DNA of 64,000 nt from Carcharhinus amblyrhynchos (GCA_965287045.1 OZ336877.1:48174001-48238000), one strand, 5' to 3'; counted from the stretch's first letter, positions 34,571-48,499 are shown. Numbers and translations are program-made. The notes: generated by a model not told the origin, from the letters alone.

Positions 34571-37500
34571 ACAAATGAAGAGCGTGTATAATTATATAGT
34601 GACTACATGTAGAAACAATAAAAAGGATCATGCATTTTTAAATGTTTCACTGGCTACAGTATTACATGACTATGATTTGAATCTTTGCTGCAAGGTTTTA
34701 GTCGATGCTGTATAGGGACTTGTCCTGAAATTTACGAGCAGACCCTCTTCTAACATTTCCTGTCATAAATGTGAGCTTGTAAGACTGGTGCATTAACCTG
34801 TGTCTTAACCTAAAATACTTATCACAGGTTTTATTTGCATCTAACTGAAGATAACCACATACTTGATATTTCTTCATATTTTAATTTTTGATAAAGATCA
34901 AAATGTTTAGGTACAGCAGTACCAGAGAAATCCAAACTGGAGATCTGTCTTCTTGAATCATGAGATTTATCTACTGCTTTGTGTGCATGTTAAAATGAAA
35001 GTTGCCCTTTGAAGATCAGCAGGGCTACATTGCTTGACCTGGTAACTAATCAGACAAGGAAATAACTTGTGTGAATGAGAGAGCAGGTACATCCTGACTG
35101 CCTACGCTTTTGCTGTCGGGTGGTAACTCTGCAAAGAAAGGGACATGCCTGTCCAAGAGCAGAAACATGCAGGTTCAACCTGGCTTCTTTATAGTGCTGC
35201 TTGCCAACAAAAACAACCGGAAAGCCCTCCTGACCTCAGGATAAAGTACAGAAGCAGGGAATCCTTGGCAGTGATTGTGGAAGATGTCTGGAGCAGTAGA
35301 GACCCAGACCATTTTTGTGGAGCCTGGCTGGAGACCCTCGGGAATTTTTAAAATCAAAAGCTTGAAGTTACTTGAGCCTCTTCTGGTCTGGCTGCTGTTA
35401 ATGGAATGTTTGCCTTTTGTGAGGAAACTATTACAGTTCTCCAACTCTGGCCTCCAGTTAAAATGGTAGATCAGCCCAGCCCTTGACAAGGTCATTGGCG
35501 TTCAATCTGCATCAAAAATGTTTTGGCTTAGAATGAGTATCCTTAACCACCTACTGCAATCTGCATGATCTTGGTGGCAAAAGGGCATTTCCCTTCGTTC
35601 ATTTGACACTCTTCCTCTTCCTGGTTTTCATCAATTGGTGAATTTAATTGAGATCATAATTTTGGCATTAATATTTTGTGACAGGTTTTGTATCTCAGTA
35701 ATGCGCAGTATTTTGCAGTGTCAACTGACATTTCTCTAATGATAAACCGTCTGGACTTGGGAAACTAGTAAATTTTTTTGCTAGTTTTCATCTCTGTCTC
35801 TTGAATTGTCTCCAAGTTACTGTGTTGAGCTGCAATTGTGGGAACCCTAAGGTGCCTATAATTGCATGTACATGTGTTTTAATTTTTTTAAAAAAAGGCT
35901 AGTTATGGAAATTCTAAAATAAAATGAAGAATTTATTTGCCATTTGTTCTATAAGGTTCCCAGTTTGCTAATATACTGCTTGAAGGTTTAAAAATGTACA
36001 TTGAGTTTGATTTATTCTTGCTTGTTTCCATGTAATTTTGCCTCTTCCAGTAGATTGGCTTGTTTTCAACTCGGTGTTGCTCTGTGAGTGTGGTGTTTCC
36101 CCTGTGTTAGAGAGCTCAGGAGTACACAGTGGCAGGGGCTGTATTATCTCTGGTTCACACACTGACAGTATAACAGTTCATTTGTTTGCCTTGTGGCACA
36201 CTAATGCATGCTTTGGCCATAAGGTCACGCTTCAATTCATGGGAGGCATAGTCATGCCTATAGAAACTCACTTTGCGTGTTCAGAATCTGTAAAATGTAT
36301 TGGGGAGGAAGTCCAAATTGCAACAACGTCCAACTATTTGTTCAAGTTCAATGAAAAAATAGTTATTAACTTGGTGCCACAGATTTATGTAATATGTTGT
36401 TCTTTTCAGGCAATTATTTGGTTACTTCTAATATGGGGATATAAAACGTATCTACTTACAGTTAACAGGGCAATTCGATTTGGGTTCAGAATGATCCTTC
36501 ACGCTTTACAGATATATCCACTTAGTGAACAGGAAATTATTAAAGAGGATCTGCTTTTGCTGATCTGATCTGCTAACTGCATATCTTGCGGTTTAAGTGC
36601 TTGCAAGATGAACCAGAGCTGCTCCTTTGTTTTTATGCACAGTATTCTGGACAATCCATAATCAGTACATTATAATTACTGTTGCTTGCAATTACTGTAA
36701 TTTCCAGTGACTGGAGACTGCTGCTCCAGGGGCTGGGACAAAGAGAAAATAAACCTTTTGAAATTCCAGCTTCGTGCAGAAAGATTAGTTCAAAACAACA
36801 TTTGCCATTGCAGATTTTATTAGTGGAAAAAACCCAAAATGCACAGACTGTTGTCAAAGATGAGGCATAGAAGTGATAGGGTATATCCCTGTGGACAATA
36901 CCACAATATCTTCATTGTCTCCATATTTAATGAATTGGACTACATTATGCCTGTTAACTGGGTGTTGAAAAAATACAAAGCTCCTAGACAGCAGTGGCCT
37001 AACCAGTGGTCCTGTATGGACCAAAGTAAATTACTTCTTGCGTATCTTTTTGATGCAGAACCAGACAGTGCAGAAGTGGCTCCACATAATTATTCTGGTC
37101 ACTGCTGACCTGTGCCTGCCCCGTACCCACTTGTTTGATTCCCAGAGAACTTGGCTGTGGGCCTGAATCTAGCTGAAATTTCCAAAGGCTCTACCAGCAA
37201 CTTCCATCAAGATGCATTTGTAGGCAGCCACAGTCCAGTGTAGACTAAGCTTCCAGGTGATGTCTTCAGGTATTTGTTCCAGTGTATCATTGACTTGTTG
37301 CTAATTTCGGCTATGAAACCAATTTCTTAGCCTTTGTCATTTTGACTGTGGAAGAAGAGCTTTTTTCTTCAACTCATCAATTTTCTCTGTCCATCTGATA
37401 AAGATCTTACTGAAAAAATTATTCTGTAGATGCCAGTTACTTTATGAATCACTATAAATGTCAGTAGGCAGTTCGTCTATGCAGTTATCTGTACCCAATC

Positions 37501-38814
37501 CTGCTTTCACCTGGCGATACACAGTTTCAGGCGAAGTTACTGGATTGTGGGAAAGCTGACCAATTTTTTTTCCCCGCCTTAACTGTTCACGGAGGCCAAT
37601 TGTAATGCTTCTACTGCTATTCGAAATGTGAGCTGTTTGGCTGATCACAAACTGGCAATTGGACCTGGAATTTCTTAGTTTGTCTGCTTAGCTATTCAAA
37701 TAGAATTGTTGACCCATTGGGGAATTCGCCTGATAGGAGAAATGAAGCATCAAAGCTTTTAGTAGTTGGCGATGGCAAAGTATTTTCAAAAGCCATATGA
37801 AACCATGGGGAGAGGGAAGCTAATGGAGGAATTAACAACAACTGACAACTCTGAGGAATCGAGTAGTTTTGCCAATATGTGAAATGATGCCATTGAAGTG
37901 TTTTCTATTTCTGTTTGTGCATAATTCTCTCTCTAACCTTAGCTGGTTCAGTGTCTTATTTCCCATTATTCAAATATAATCGAGTAGATTAAATACTTCA
38001 AAAGAAAAAAAATACTTCAGCTCCTTCTGCTTTTCTTCCAATTTGCTCCACTTAGTGCTTCTTGTCTGAAAGCAGTGACTTATACTGAAATGCAGTTCCA
38101 CAGGTCACCTTGGACATCTGCCAACTTCCCAAAGTGGTTATTTTTCATGTGTAAACCCACGGTGAATACTAGCAGATGACTCTCACATGGAGAGAGACAT
38201 TGGCCAAGCATTTGCTGAAGCAGGGGCATCGAGCGGTGAAAGTGGTGATTTTTTTTCCCTTTTACTTCAGCTCTGTTAATTCTGTGCTGCAAGTGGTAGG
38301 AAGAGTGAATTGATAGCGGGCATCTGAGACCTTGGAGAATGACTGGACCAGCAGTTTACTTATTTGACGAATTAAATTTAAGATTTAAGGTTAGCAAAGC
38401 TCTGAAGTGGAAGCTTGGATACCTGATTTATATAAATAAAGTTTATTCCTGAATTATCTGCAGGAAGATTTTTTTCCAGTCAGAAGATAGTTCTAATATT
38501 TTTCTTGTCGATGGGCCATGACACCGAAACATACATGAATACATGAATAAAACAGCCTGGAGTCCAGGGATCAGATTATTTTGGTTGTTGAATTTGTGAA
38601 ATCCAGGAACTGAAGGCACACATGCAATTGATATTTTATAATTCATCTTGTGGAATCAATATAATGATTGTTGAATACCTGTGCATTATTGAACCCAGAA
38701 ATTTTGGGAAAGAGTAATTCAAAATTTAGATGAGAACAACAAATGTAACATTGAACAGAATCTACAACAAACCAATTTAACAAATCCATTTAATGTGCTC
38801 TCTCCATTTTTAAA

Positions 38815-39671
38815 TTTATTGTTTCACAGGATGTGGATGTGGCTGGATAGGCCGGTATTTATTGCCCATATCCTAATTTCCCTCCAGTGCTGTTGAGCTG
38901 CCTTCCTGAACTGCTGCAGGCCTTGTGGCATTACTACACCCATAGTGCTGGAAGGAAGGTAGTTCAAGGAATTTGATCCAGCTACATGGAACTAGATCAC
39001 AGTTCATTCAAAGTCCAGATAGTGTCTCCCTAGCAGGGAAACCTGCAGACAGTAATGTTCCCATGCATCTGCTACCCTTGTCCTTCTAGGTGGTAGAGGT
39101 TGCAGGTTTGGAAGGTGCTGATGAAGGAGTCTTGATGAATTTCAATAATACATCTTGTAAATGGTATGCGTTGCTGCCAATCTGCATCGGTCATTGATGA
39201 AGTGAATGTTTAAAGATATGGATGGGGTGCCAATCAAGGGGCTATTTTGTCCTAGATGGTGTTGGGCTTCGTGAGTGTTATTGGAGCAAGTGGAGCGTAT
39301 TCCATTACACTTCTGACTTGTGCCTTTTAGATGGTGGACAGCCTTGGGGGTCATGAGGTGAATTACGCCCCTCAGAATTCCCAGCCTCTGTCTTGCTCTT
39401 GCAGCCATGGTATTGTATTTATCGGCTGATCCTGTTTAGTTTGTGGTCAATAGTAAACCACAAAATGGTTTCTGTCCTGTTGGAGATGGCCATTGTCTGG
39501 CACTTGAGATGTGTAAATGTTACTTGCCACTTATCAACCAAAACATGAATGATGTCAGGATCTTGCTGCATATGAACATGGACAATTTCAGTATCTGAAA
39601 AGTCACAAATGATGCTGAACATGGATAATCGTCAGTCAACATCCCAACTTCATACTTCCGATGGAGGAAGG
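38815..39671 (-). mobile_element. CR1-clade LINE 3' part; continues at 42481-43410 beyond the Gypsy insertion
   Basis: Tail TTCACAGGATGTGG; ARARQRLGILR and MQQDPD..DKWQVTF peptides; breakpoint GATGGAGGAAG joins GCAACTGAAGATGG. Confidence 0.8.
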
Positions 39672-39831
39672 GGATTTCAAATTTAAGGGCAGCAGTTTGC
39701 GTGAGATCTCTGAGGTCTTTTTTTGAACTTATCTCCAGATTGCAATTACCAGGTAACCACCTTGTGGCATAATCATGTTACACCTGGCTTGTCATAATTA
39801 TGTCAAACCGATTGCATTTTAAACCCAAAGA

Positions 39832-39848
39832 TCTCCCTTTTTCCTCTT
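39832..39848 (-). other. Polypurine tract of the Gypsy element
   Basis: Minus strand AAGAGGAAAAAGGGAGA abuts the 3' LTR. Confidence 0.75.
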
Positions 39849-40171
39849 GGGCAAATTTGCCCAAATCATGTTACTCACTAGACGCACACTGTTCTCATTC
39901 ACAACTGGCCTAGGAGTTGGTCTCTGCTGGTTGATGACCTCTGGCTCATGCCTGTAACCCCTTGTGTTTTTTTATGGCTACATATTGATTCTTCTGGGAG
40001 TCTTTTGGGGTTGCAATGTCTTTGGGTGCCTTTTCTGCTTGCTGTTTTGCCTGGCTGTACATACATGGTTGGAGTTTTTTAATTATTTCCTCCTGGTGGT
40101 ACTTGTGCAGTCTCTGAAATTTGCACAGCTTGCTTCATTGCAGTCTTCAGTTTATTCTGTGTTTTCAACGA

Positions 40172-40951
40172 TATAGAAACATAGAAACTAGAAGTAGGAG
40201 TAGGTTATTTGGCCCTTCGAGCCTGCTCCGCCATTCATTTTGATCATGGCTAATCATCAAATTCAATGGCCTGATGCTCTCGCTCTCCCCACCCCCATAT
40301 CCCTGGATCCCTTTAGCCCCAAGAGAAATATCTAATTTCTTGTTTTGGCCTCAATTACGCTTGGTAATAGTGAATTCCACACATTCACCATCCTCCTGGG
40401 TGAAGAAATTTCCCCTCAACTCAGTTCTAAAAGGTTTCCCCTTTATCCACAAACTATGACCCCTAGTTCTGGACCCCCCCACCACCTCTCCCCATTGGAA
40501 ACATTCTTTCTGAATCTACCCTGTCTAATCCCATTAGAATTTAATAAGTTTCTATAATATGATATTTTCTCTCGTTCACTCTTCTAAACTCCAGTGAATA
40601 TGATCCAAACCAACTTAGTCTCTCCTCATATGACAAATCTGCCATCCCAGGAATCAGCCTGGTAAATCTCTGCTGCACTCCCTGTACAGCAAGGACGTCC
40701 TTTCTCAGATAAGGACACCCAAACTGCACACAATATTCCAGGTGTGGCTTCACCAACGTCCCATACAAATGCAGCAAAACATCTCTATCCCTATACTCAA
40801 ATCCTCTCGTTATGAAGGCCAACATACCATTTGCCACCTTCACTGCGAGCTGTACCTGCATGCTTACTCTCAGCGACTAATACACAAGGAGTCCAAGGTG
40901 CTGTTAAGTATCCACCTCTCTTAATTTACACCCATTCAAGTAATAATCTGC
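40172..40951 (-). mobile_element. CR1 LINE 3' portion nested in Gypsy
   Basis: ORF 40541..40861 ANGMLAFI.RG.EYR...LY.TLVKPHLEYCVQF..PYLRKD...VQQRFTRLIPGM; (ATAGAAAC)n tail. Confidence 0.92.
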
Positions 40952-42295
40952 ATATAATATAAACTCAGCTTGAATCCTACACTTTAAATCTTTTAGTTCA
41001 GCTCTGATGTGAACGTTTTCCTACAGAACTGCTTTATTTCCCTTTGGCTAATGCATTTCATTGCACTGACCTGGTTGGAAAACACCTGGTGGTTTACTTG
41101 AATATTGTCTTGGTGTCTCTGGGATCTTTTGCTGCCCTTCCTCTGTTGGCATGTTCAGGATTACCAGTCCAAATTTCAGCCTTGCTTCAGCTGAGATGGG
41201 TGGCCGTTCCATCCCATCTCTAATCTAGAGCTCTAGATCCTCCTCCTTGCCACTGCATTGGGCTCGCAGACTAATTTGTCCTCTCGGTATGCTTATTGTG
41301 CCAGCATATAGACTCAGCTCTGTTTTTGAGGGTTGCATTTTGGGATCGATGTGTTGTCCGCTTCACACAGGTCTCTGACGCACCAGATTCTATATGACAT
41401 TTCTCGTTCACTTTGTTACAATGATAATCGCAGAGGGAGAGTATAGTCACAAATCATTTATCCTCCATAGACTTGACAGAACCAACCTGTTGTATTGTGA
41501 ATAGTTTTTTGTCAGTTAGTTCCACTTTTATCTCTGTAGAGGCTTGTTTTGCTTTTTTCTAGCCAAACACTGTGTGAAATGATTGTGTTTCTTAGTTAAA
41601 ATATTACTTTCCCTATGCTGGGCATGCCACCTTTTCCATTGTATGCTGTCTTCTGTAGTATTTGATTCTTGCTCTTCATCTGCATCTGCTCTGCCATACT
41701 GTTCCAGCTGTCGTTTTACAATGTCAACATTTCTGCACACATCTATCGTTTTCTTGAACATATGTTTCTTCTCTTTTAGTAGACTTGCTCTCACTGAGGG
41801 GTCCCTTGGGTCTAAGACTATTCTTTAACCATATCTTTTTGTTGTCAAATTCACATGAAACCATTGTAGCTTAGGCTGTCATAGCATTCAGACGTGACGT
41901 TCACTTGTGGGTCAAAAGTGTTCCTTTGAAGGCTTTCACAATCTTTGCCGTCTGTTCTCTTTGATCGTTGGTTAGATTAGAGTGGTATACAGCTGTACCA
42001 GTGTCTACACAGCAGTTTTAAAAGCATGGCTACTTTTGTCAGTTTTGGCTTGCTAATTAAATCTGTTACTAGCTCGTAGTTTTACATTGCAACTGGAAAA
42101 ACTGCTAATTCTGCCATTTATCACCTTTAGCTTCCACAGGTGGAGGGTGAAATTTATAGCAGCAATGCTCACTTATTCAGTATCTTAGCCTTCAGTTTGT
42201 TTGCTTTTTCTCCTCCTCCTTCAGTAGCATATAGTAGATTTTAACATTTGTGTGTGCCTGGGTTTTCTGCTGCATTTTACATTTCTATTTTAGCT

Positions 42296-42311
42296 CCACT
42301 TTCTGACACCC
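42296..42311 (-). other. Primer-binding site, tRNA-Leu type
   Basis: Minus strand GGGTGTCAGAAAGTGG versus TGGTGTCAGAAGTGG, immediately inside the 5' LTR. Confidence 0.7.
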
Positions 42312-42569
42312 GTGATTCAAAATATAAGGACAGCAGACCTTCTTGGTATCTTCTCCAAGAGATGCCTTTACTGAACTTATCTCAGGATTGCAGCCTCCAG
42401 AAAGACTGTCTCATAGCATAATCAGATATCATATCTGGCATGCTGTAGTCATGTTGAATTGATTGCATTTTAACCCCAAAGCAACTGAAGATGGTTGGGC
42501 TTAGGACACTACGCTGAGAAAGGCCTGCAGTGATGTCCTAGGAATGAGATGTTTGCTGGCAACAACCAC

Positions 42570-42570
<1 letters not shown>

Positions 42571-42612
<42 letters not shown>
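42571..42612 (+). repeat. (ATC)14 microsatellite
   Basis: Perfect repeat read directly. Confidence 0.97.
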
Positions 42613-42614
<2 letters not shown>

Positions 42615-42742
42615 TTTGTTAGTTATGACCCCGGCAAGTGGAGACTTTGCCTTCTGATTGCCATTGACTCCAGTTTTGCTAGGACTCCTTGATAATACAG
42701 TCAGTGAAATGCTACTTTGATATCCAGGGCAGTCATTCTCAC

Positions 42743-43019
42743 TAGGTTTAAGGTGAGAGGAGAGGGATACAAAAGTATCCAGAGGGACAATTTCTTCACA
42801 GAGGGTGCTGAGTGTCTAGAACAAGCTGCCAGAGGTAGTAGTAGAGGCGGGTACAATTTAGTCTTTTTAAAAGCATTTAGATAGTAACACAGGTACAATG
42901 GGTATAGAGGGATATAGGCCAAATGTGGGCAATTGAGATTAGCTTAGGTGCTTTAAAAAAAAAGGGCAACATGGACAAGTTGAGCTGAAGGACATGTTTC
43001 CATGCTGTAAACCTCTGAC
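42743..43019 (+). mobile_element. CR1 3' end nested in the older LINE; same subfamily as 57545-57822
   Basis: TAGGTTTAAGGTGAGAGG...ACAAGCTGCCAGAGGTAG...AAAAGCATTTAGATA...GGACAAGTTG. Confidence 0.85.
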
Positions 43020-43574
43020 CTCAGCTCCCTTGTCCATATTTGGACCAAGGCTATAATGAGGTTATGAGTTGAATAACCCTGGTTGAATCCAAACTGAGCA
43101 TCAGTGAGCAGGTTATTGCTGAGTAGCTGCTTCTTGATAGTGCTGTTGCTGACACCTGCCATCACTTCGATCAAACGTAGACCAAATGGTGCGTAATTGC
43201 CCGGGTTGGATTTGTTCTGCTTTTTGTGGACAAGGACATACCTAGGCAATTTTCCACATTGCCAGGTAGATGCCAGTATTGTTGCTGTCCTGGAGTAGCT
43301 TGGCTACTGGTATGGCTAGTTCTAGAGCACAAGTTTTCAACTACTGTCGGAATGTTGTCAGTGCCCCTAGCCTTTGCAGCATCTGTCAGATTTCTATGTT
43401 GTGTGGTATGAGCTGAACAATTATCATTTAATTGACATGAGAAATTCCATTTGAAACACAAAATGACCCTGTTAACCATGTTCTTAGATCATGAGATGTC
43501 AGTGTTAACTTTCTGCGATGCATTTAGTTCCTATTCACAGTTCAAATGCCACAATTTCTTAAAACTTGTGGGGA

Positions 43575-43602
43575 GACTGACTGACTGACTGACTGACTGA
43601 CT
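43575..43602 (+). repeat. (GACT)7 microsatellite
   Basis: Perfect repeat read directly. Confidence 0.97.
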
Positions 43603-44054
43603 GTTCTTGCATGACAAATAGTGGGGTGGCACAAACTGTGTTGGTACATTAATTTGCTGTACCATGCATCAGTAAGGAAGTGGATTTGAGGTTTTGAATC
43701 TTCACCTGATGGATTGATGACCTCCAAGAGGTTACATTGTTGTGCTAAAGTAACTTCCTCACAGAAGAAAGGCATCATCGACCTAAAAGATGATTATAAA
43801 TGTACCTTCAGAAGTCTGAGGCGGTTAACCATTAAGCGAATAACTTTGTATTAACCGAGTCCTTCAATATGATTGCACGCTGTTAAAACATTCAAAAAAT
43901 GAGTGAGCTAGATTGGAAGAAGATACAACAGGAAAATAGAGCTGCTGCATGTGTTCTTCATGAATTCTAACTAATTATTGGAGTTTTGTAATGGTCTTGA
44001 TTTGAGAGTTGCTGCTAGAAATACATGACAAATCAGTCAGGTTCTGAAATGTAA

Positions 44055-44709
44055 GATGGAATTTTCTGTATATCCTGATGTGATTTTAGAGGGGCTATTT
44101 CATCAGACAGGAGGGTGGCAGTTGGGGGCCACTTGATTGTGTGGGGTGGGAAGGTTTGGACAGCCTTCCCACCCTATAATCAGTTGAGCCCCTTAAGTGG
44201 GCAAATTAAGGGCCTCATCCCACTGCTGCTTTTAATGCAGTGGCAAGTCAGGGATTTTCCATACAGGGTGCATGAAGAGCAAACCTTAGCATGCCTATTT
44301 GCACAAGGATCCCTTGCTCAAATATATTCTGTATCCGATCTAGGGACCCAGCCTCATGAAAATGTAGGGGATGGGTGGGTGGGTAGGGAGGCCGGGATGG
44401 TTACTGAAAGCCAACTCCTCACAATTCCCATTCTGGGACTCCCTTCTTGCCATCACTGACACCTGCCTGGATATCTCATTATCTGTGCCCTCAGATGGTT
44501 GTAATACCAGCTGCAGCCACTGCCTTCCTGGTGGCATAAAGTAGAAAACAGCTGCCAGTTTCTGGCCAGCAGCTCTGTTGGGAGGGGTGCTTCTGCCCAA
44601 GTAGCACAATATGTGGGGGGGACTTGCTCACTAAACTGGGGGGTGGTGGTTGGCTCGCATGCTCTGTGGCTGGTGGCTAAGACTCCCATCTGTCCTCAGG
44701 ATTCTGCCT
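44055..44709. mobile_element. GC-rich non-autonomous DNA transposon, Harbinger-like
   Basis: GC-rich block bounded by GATGGAATTTTC...GGATTCTGCC. Confidence 0.4.
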
Positions 44710-46837
44710 GTAATAAATACATTAGGTGAAGTTTGATCAGCTGATGATGGAAGTTGATGTGGAGCCTCTGGCCCCTCTATGCTTCTTCTAGTAACTGAAA
44801 CCAGTAATGTTAGCCTGGGGTTTGGTTTACTTCACATAATTACTTGAAATAATGTTGAAATTGAGAAGTTACCCTCAGTGAATCAATGTTCCTCCCAGGG
44901 AGCGTACTATATAATCCCTCCAGGCTCAGAGAGCAATAACTTGCCAATTGGTAAACTGATGAAAGTTTCCACTTTTACATTATTAGTCTCACTTTAAAAA
45001 TCCTTGAAGATTTCACTTTGTTGCAATTGGGGTTTCAATGCTGTGCTAACTACCTAACTGCTAAGCATCCTCATTGGCCCTGAAAAGTACATTTTATTTA
45101 TGGAATATTAAATTTCTCCATTGATTTTTTTTTTAAATTTGTAATGTTTTTATAAGTTTGTATTTATTAATATTTTAGCTTCCATCATCATTTATTGCAC
45201 TATTCAAATATTTAAAATGAAGGATAAGGTGCTTTCGACTTCTTGGTTTGTTAGTGAATATTTCAGTGTGATCGACTGCTTGTCATATTTGCTAACACAA
45301 CTTCGATACATGCTTGGAATCACCTTGACTTGAATCTAGATTTAATTTGATGTTGGATGGAAAATTGTTGCTGGAAGATGGGATAACTGTGCCACAGAGA
45401 CCGCTGGATCTTTCTGGTCAATGCTGAGAGCCAATTCTTCACTGCTGACCATGGAATCCAGCCCAATTTCTAATGAAAAGAAGGACTTCTGAGATGAACT
45501 GCTGTGTATATCTAATACCTTTTTCTTTGATAATGCCCACCAGAATAAATAGCTTTTGCAAGCATCTTAATATAAAATCAATTTTGTTTTTGAGACGCAG
45601 AGATTTTTCCATTTCTTGTAGCCCTCTTACATGAGCCTGCCAGCCTTCATTTCATCTTACCACCAGCTGGGCAAAATTGAAAACAAGTCCTCATTTTGTG
45701 ATTTTTATATTTAAACTGACTCCATGTGGTGAATTTTCATTTTTTCAATGACCTGAACGGGGGAGGAAAGGCAAGAGGGAGAAATCAAGCCTAGCCTCCA
45801 AGCAGGACGTCCATGAAAGGAATTCATTACCTTTGTTTTGTTCTGTTGGACTGAATATTGAAAACACTGTTTTCTTTTCCAATGTTTAATTGTTTTAACA
45901 AAATAGGATTTTTGGGGTCATGCAGTTGACAAATCTTTGTTGGGAAGCTACTTGACATTAGGACCTATGCAGTCTTGTAGAAATAGAGTAATACTGGTTA
46001 GCATGCAGTTGCTGCAAGACCATGCTTTGTAGATGTTAAATTATTCACGATTTATCCTTAAACCACACCCCCCCCCCCCACCCACCCCTCGGCCAGCCTT
46101 TTTATTCAGCTTGTACAAACCACGTTTTTCGTTTGTTCATCTGCAACTATCAAGTCATCAATAAACATGTAGAGCTGGCAGCAAGGAAAGCTGTTTTGTA
46201 CTCACAGATTCACCTAAGAAACCATTATTTGGTCCATTGAGTCTACAAATGGCAAGACTGATCTGCATAATTTGCTCTGGAAATGTTTGTCCAACTGTAA
46301 CGCATTGCTTGCTAACTGTCTGTACTATCAGTCTGATGGATGGCTTTCGCAGCTATATCAAGTTTACTTTTACTTGAAATGAAAACTGTAAATTTTGTAA
46401 ATCCTGAGAGGGTCAGGCAGCATCTGTAGATTAACAAACAGGGTTAATGGGTTGACCTTGCTGGACCAAAGTGGGTGGCTTGATTGAGGAAATTTCTTAA
46501 CTCGCCAGACCTGGTTTAGGTAATAAATACCCTGAATCATGTGACTTGTGCACCAGAGAGCCAGATGCAGAATGGAGTCACGTCTGCTGACTCCAGATAC
46601 TAATGCTAGCAAATTAAGTGGTGGAAGGATACTGAGATGAGCTGCTTAGAAGGCCTGCTATTGGTTCCCTGGCCCTTACTCCCAGTTGTTAAAGAAGCTG
46701 GTAATGCCCTCTCCTGTCTCGCTTCCTCATACCTTCAATCAAACATACTTCCATGACACCTCCATATCCATTGACTCATTATTCACTGTGGCAAGGTCTT
46801 GGAGCCATGTGGAGATGAAGTAAACTTCCCAAAATTT

Positions 46838-47172
46838 TTTTTTTCATTCATTCATGGGACATGGGCATCACTGGCTGGCCAGCATGTATTGCACAAGGGC
46901 AGTTGAGAGTTAATTGCCTTGCTGTGGCTCTGGAGTCACATGACAGCCAGACCAGGTAAGGATGGCAGATTTCCTTCCCTAAAAGACATTTGTGAACCAG
47001 ATGAGTTTCTCTGACAATTGACAATAGTTTCATGGTCATCAGTAGATTCTTAATTCCAGATTTCTTTTTAATTCAATTCAAATCCCACCATCGGCCATGG
47101 TGGGGTTTGAACCTGGGTCCTGAGTTTCTGGATTAACAGTCTAGTGATAATATCACTAGGCCATCACCTCCC
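46838..47172 (-). mobile_element. tRNA-derived SINE with a CR1-clade LINE tail, full length
   Basis: Minus-strand head GGGAGGTGATGGCCTAGTG..GGTTCAAACCCC; tail CCCATGAATGAATGAAAA. Confidence 0.8.
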
Positions 47173-47488
47173 CAAAACATTCTGTTCCCAAACAGAAATG
47201 TAAATGAATAATTTTATCCTCAGTGTTATTCTTTGGTTTTGTTGCCCTTACAAATTGTTGATATTGCTAATGGAGTTTTTACAAACCATTCTCCAGACTC
47301 CCTGGATGCACAAAGAAACTCCATGTTTATAAAACTCTTTTCCTCTGAACATTAAAACACAATTTACATATTTTATTGATTATATGGGCAGACTTTCTAG
47401 TTTTATTATTCTAAGATAGAAAATTCTCACACCACCCCCCCCCCCCCAGCCCAATCCCACATTTCTTATGGCTTTTGTAATGTTTATA

Positions 47489-47716
47489 GATCATAGAACC
47501 TACAGTGCAGAAAGAGGCCCCTTTGGCCCATTTGAGTCTGCACCGACCACAATCCCACCCAGACCCTACCCCCCCATATCCCTACATGTTTTACCCACTA
47601 ATCCCTCTAACCTACACATTTCAGAACACTACGGGGCAATTTTAGCACAGCCAATCAACCTAACTCGCACATTTTTGGACTGTAGGAAGAAACAGGAGGA
47701 AACCCAACAGAGACAC
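47489..47716 (-). mobile_element. 5'-truncated HE1-type SINE
   Basis: Tail plus partial V domain; explains ORF 47468..47758. Confidence 0.8.
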
Positions 47717-48499
47717 CCACTGTTGTCTCTGATTTTGGAGATAAACATAGTTTTGTAATCAACTCCAAGCTTATTTAATTTGCGTTTACAATTTCTCTAA
47801 GGATTTTCCATTTCTTCTGCTTAACAAACCATAAACCAGATTTTTGTAACACAAGGTTCCATTCAGACCCTACGTCAGAAACAGTGAATCCTTTCATAGC
47901 CCCTTTAAACTTTCAATCAAATGATGAACTTCGAAGCCATTGCTGAGTGCTGACATAGGTCACTTTTGAAACTTAGCTAAGCCTTCATAATGACATAAGA
48001 GCCCTTGGGGAATTGTCAATAAAGAACTCCACTGAAACTACACAAAAAAAACCAAAGTTTTTTTTCTAACCAACTTGAGAGGCCTAACAGTCAAAGCAGT
48101 CCAGCAGAACATTTTTATAAATGTTCACTGAGAACAGCTGCCAGCTTCTTGAATTTTGAAGGGTGGGAATTTAAGGGGAAAGAAAAAACTCAGATCATGA
48201 CTGTTAAGCAGACCTTATTTGCCTTTGAAGAGTGTTTGTCTATAACATTGATTCATCACTCCCACAGGATTAAGGTCCTTGTAAAAGTAAAATAAGATTT
48301 TTTTTGAATTCAGCACTAAATTCAAATCGTCCTATTGAGTTCAAGTTGTCTTTCTGAGACTCATACCCCTCCCCTCTTTCCCTGACCAGCAAAAATGGGA
48401 ATGTGCCAGAACAGTGGGTGGGACTTCCACATCCAGGTCCTGATTGTGTTTTTTTTTATATATTGAAGTTTCCAGAGTCCAACTCCAGGAAAATCTTGT

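Larger units (their letters stand above)
39672..42481 (-). mobile_element. Internally deleted Gypsy LTR retrotransposon with both LTRs, PBS, gag-protease fossil and PPT
   Basis: Direct repeats 39672-39831 and 42313-42481; PBS 42296-42311; PPT 39832-39848; gag-like PPP..GD..NYEL..KVAMLL and RASLLKEK..KKTIDVCR; protease remnant CHIESGAS at 41376-41400. Confidence 0.8.
42481..43410 (-). mobile_element. CR1-clade LINE RT fossil (continuation of 38815-39671)
   Basis: ORF 42953..43249 VHKKQNKSNPGNY...LLSNNLLTDAQFGF; ALDIKVAF (decayed LDxxxAFD). Confidence 0.85.

Noticed and set aside
36038-36568. 176-aa ORF in unique DNA
   Set aside because: TTG start, composition typical of random AT-rich sequence, no domain recognised and no convincing splice sites
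47921-48035. ATGATGA...CTGA pattern resembling a C/D box snoRNA
   Set aside because: No terminal stem and no rRNA/snRNA guide complementarity that I can recognise
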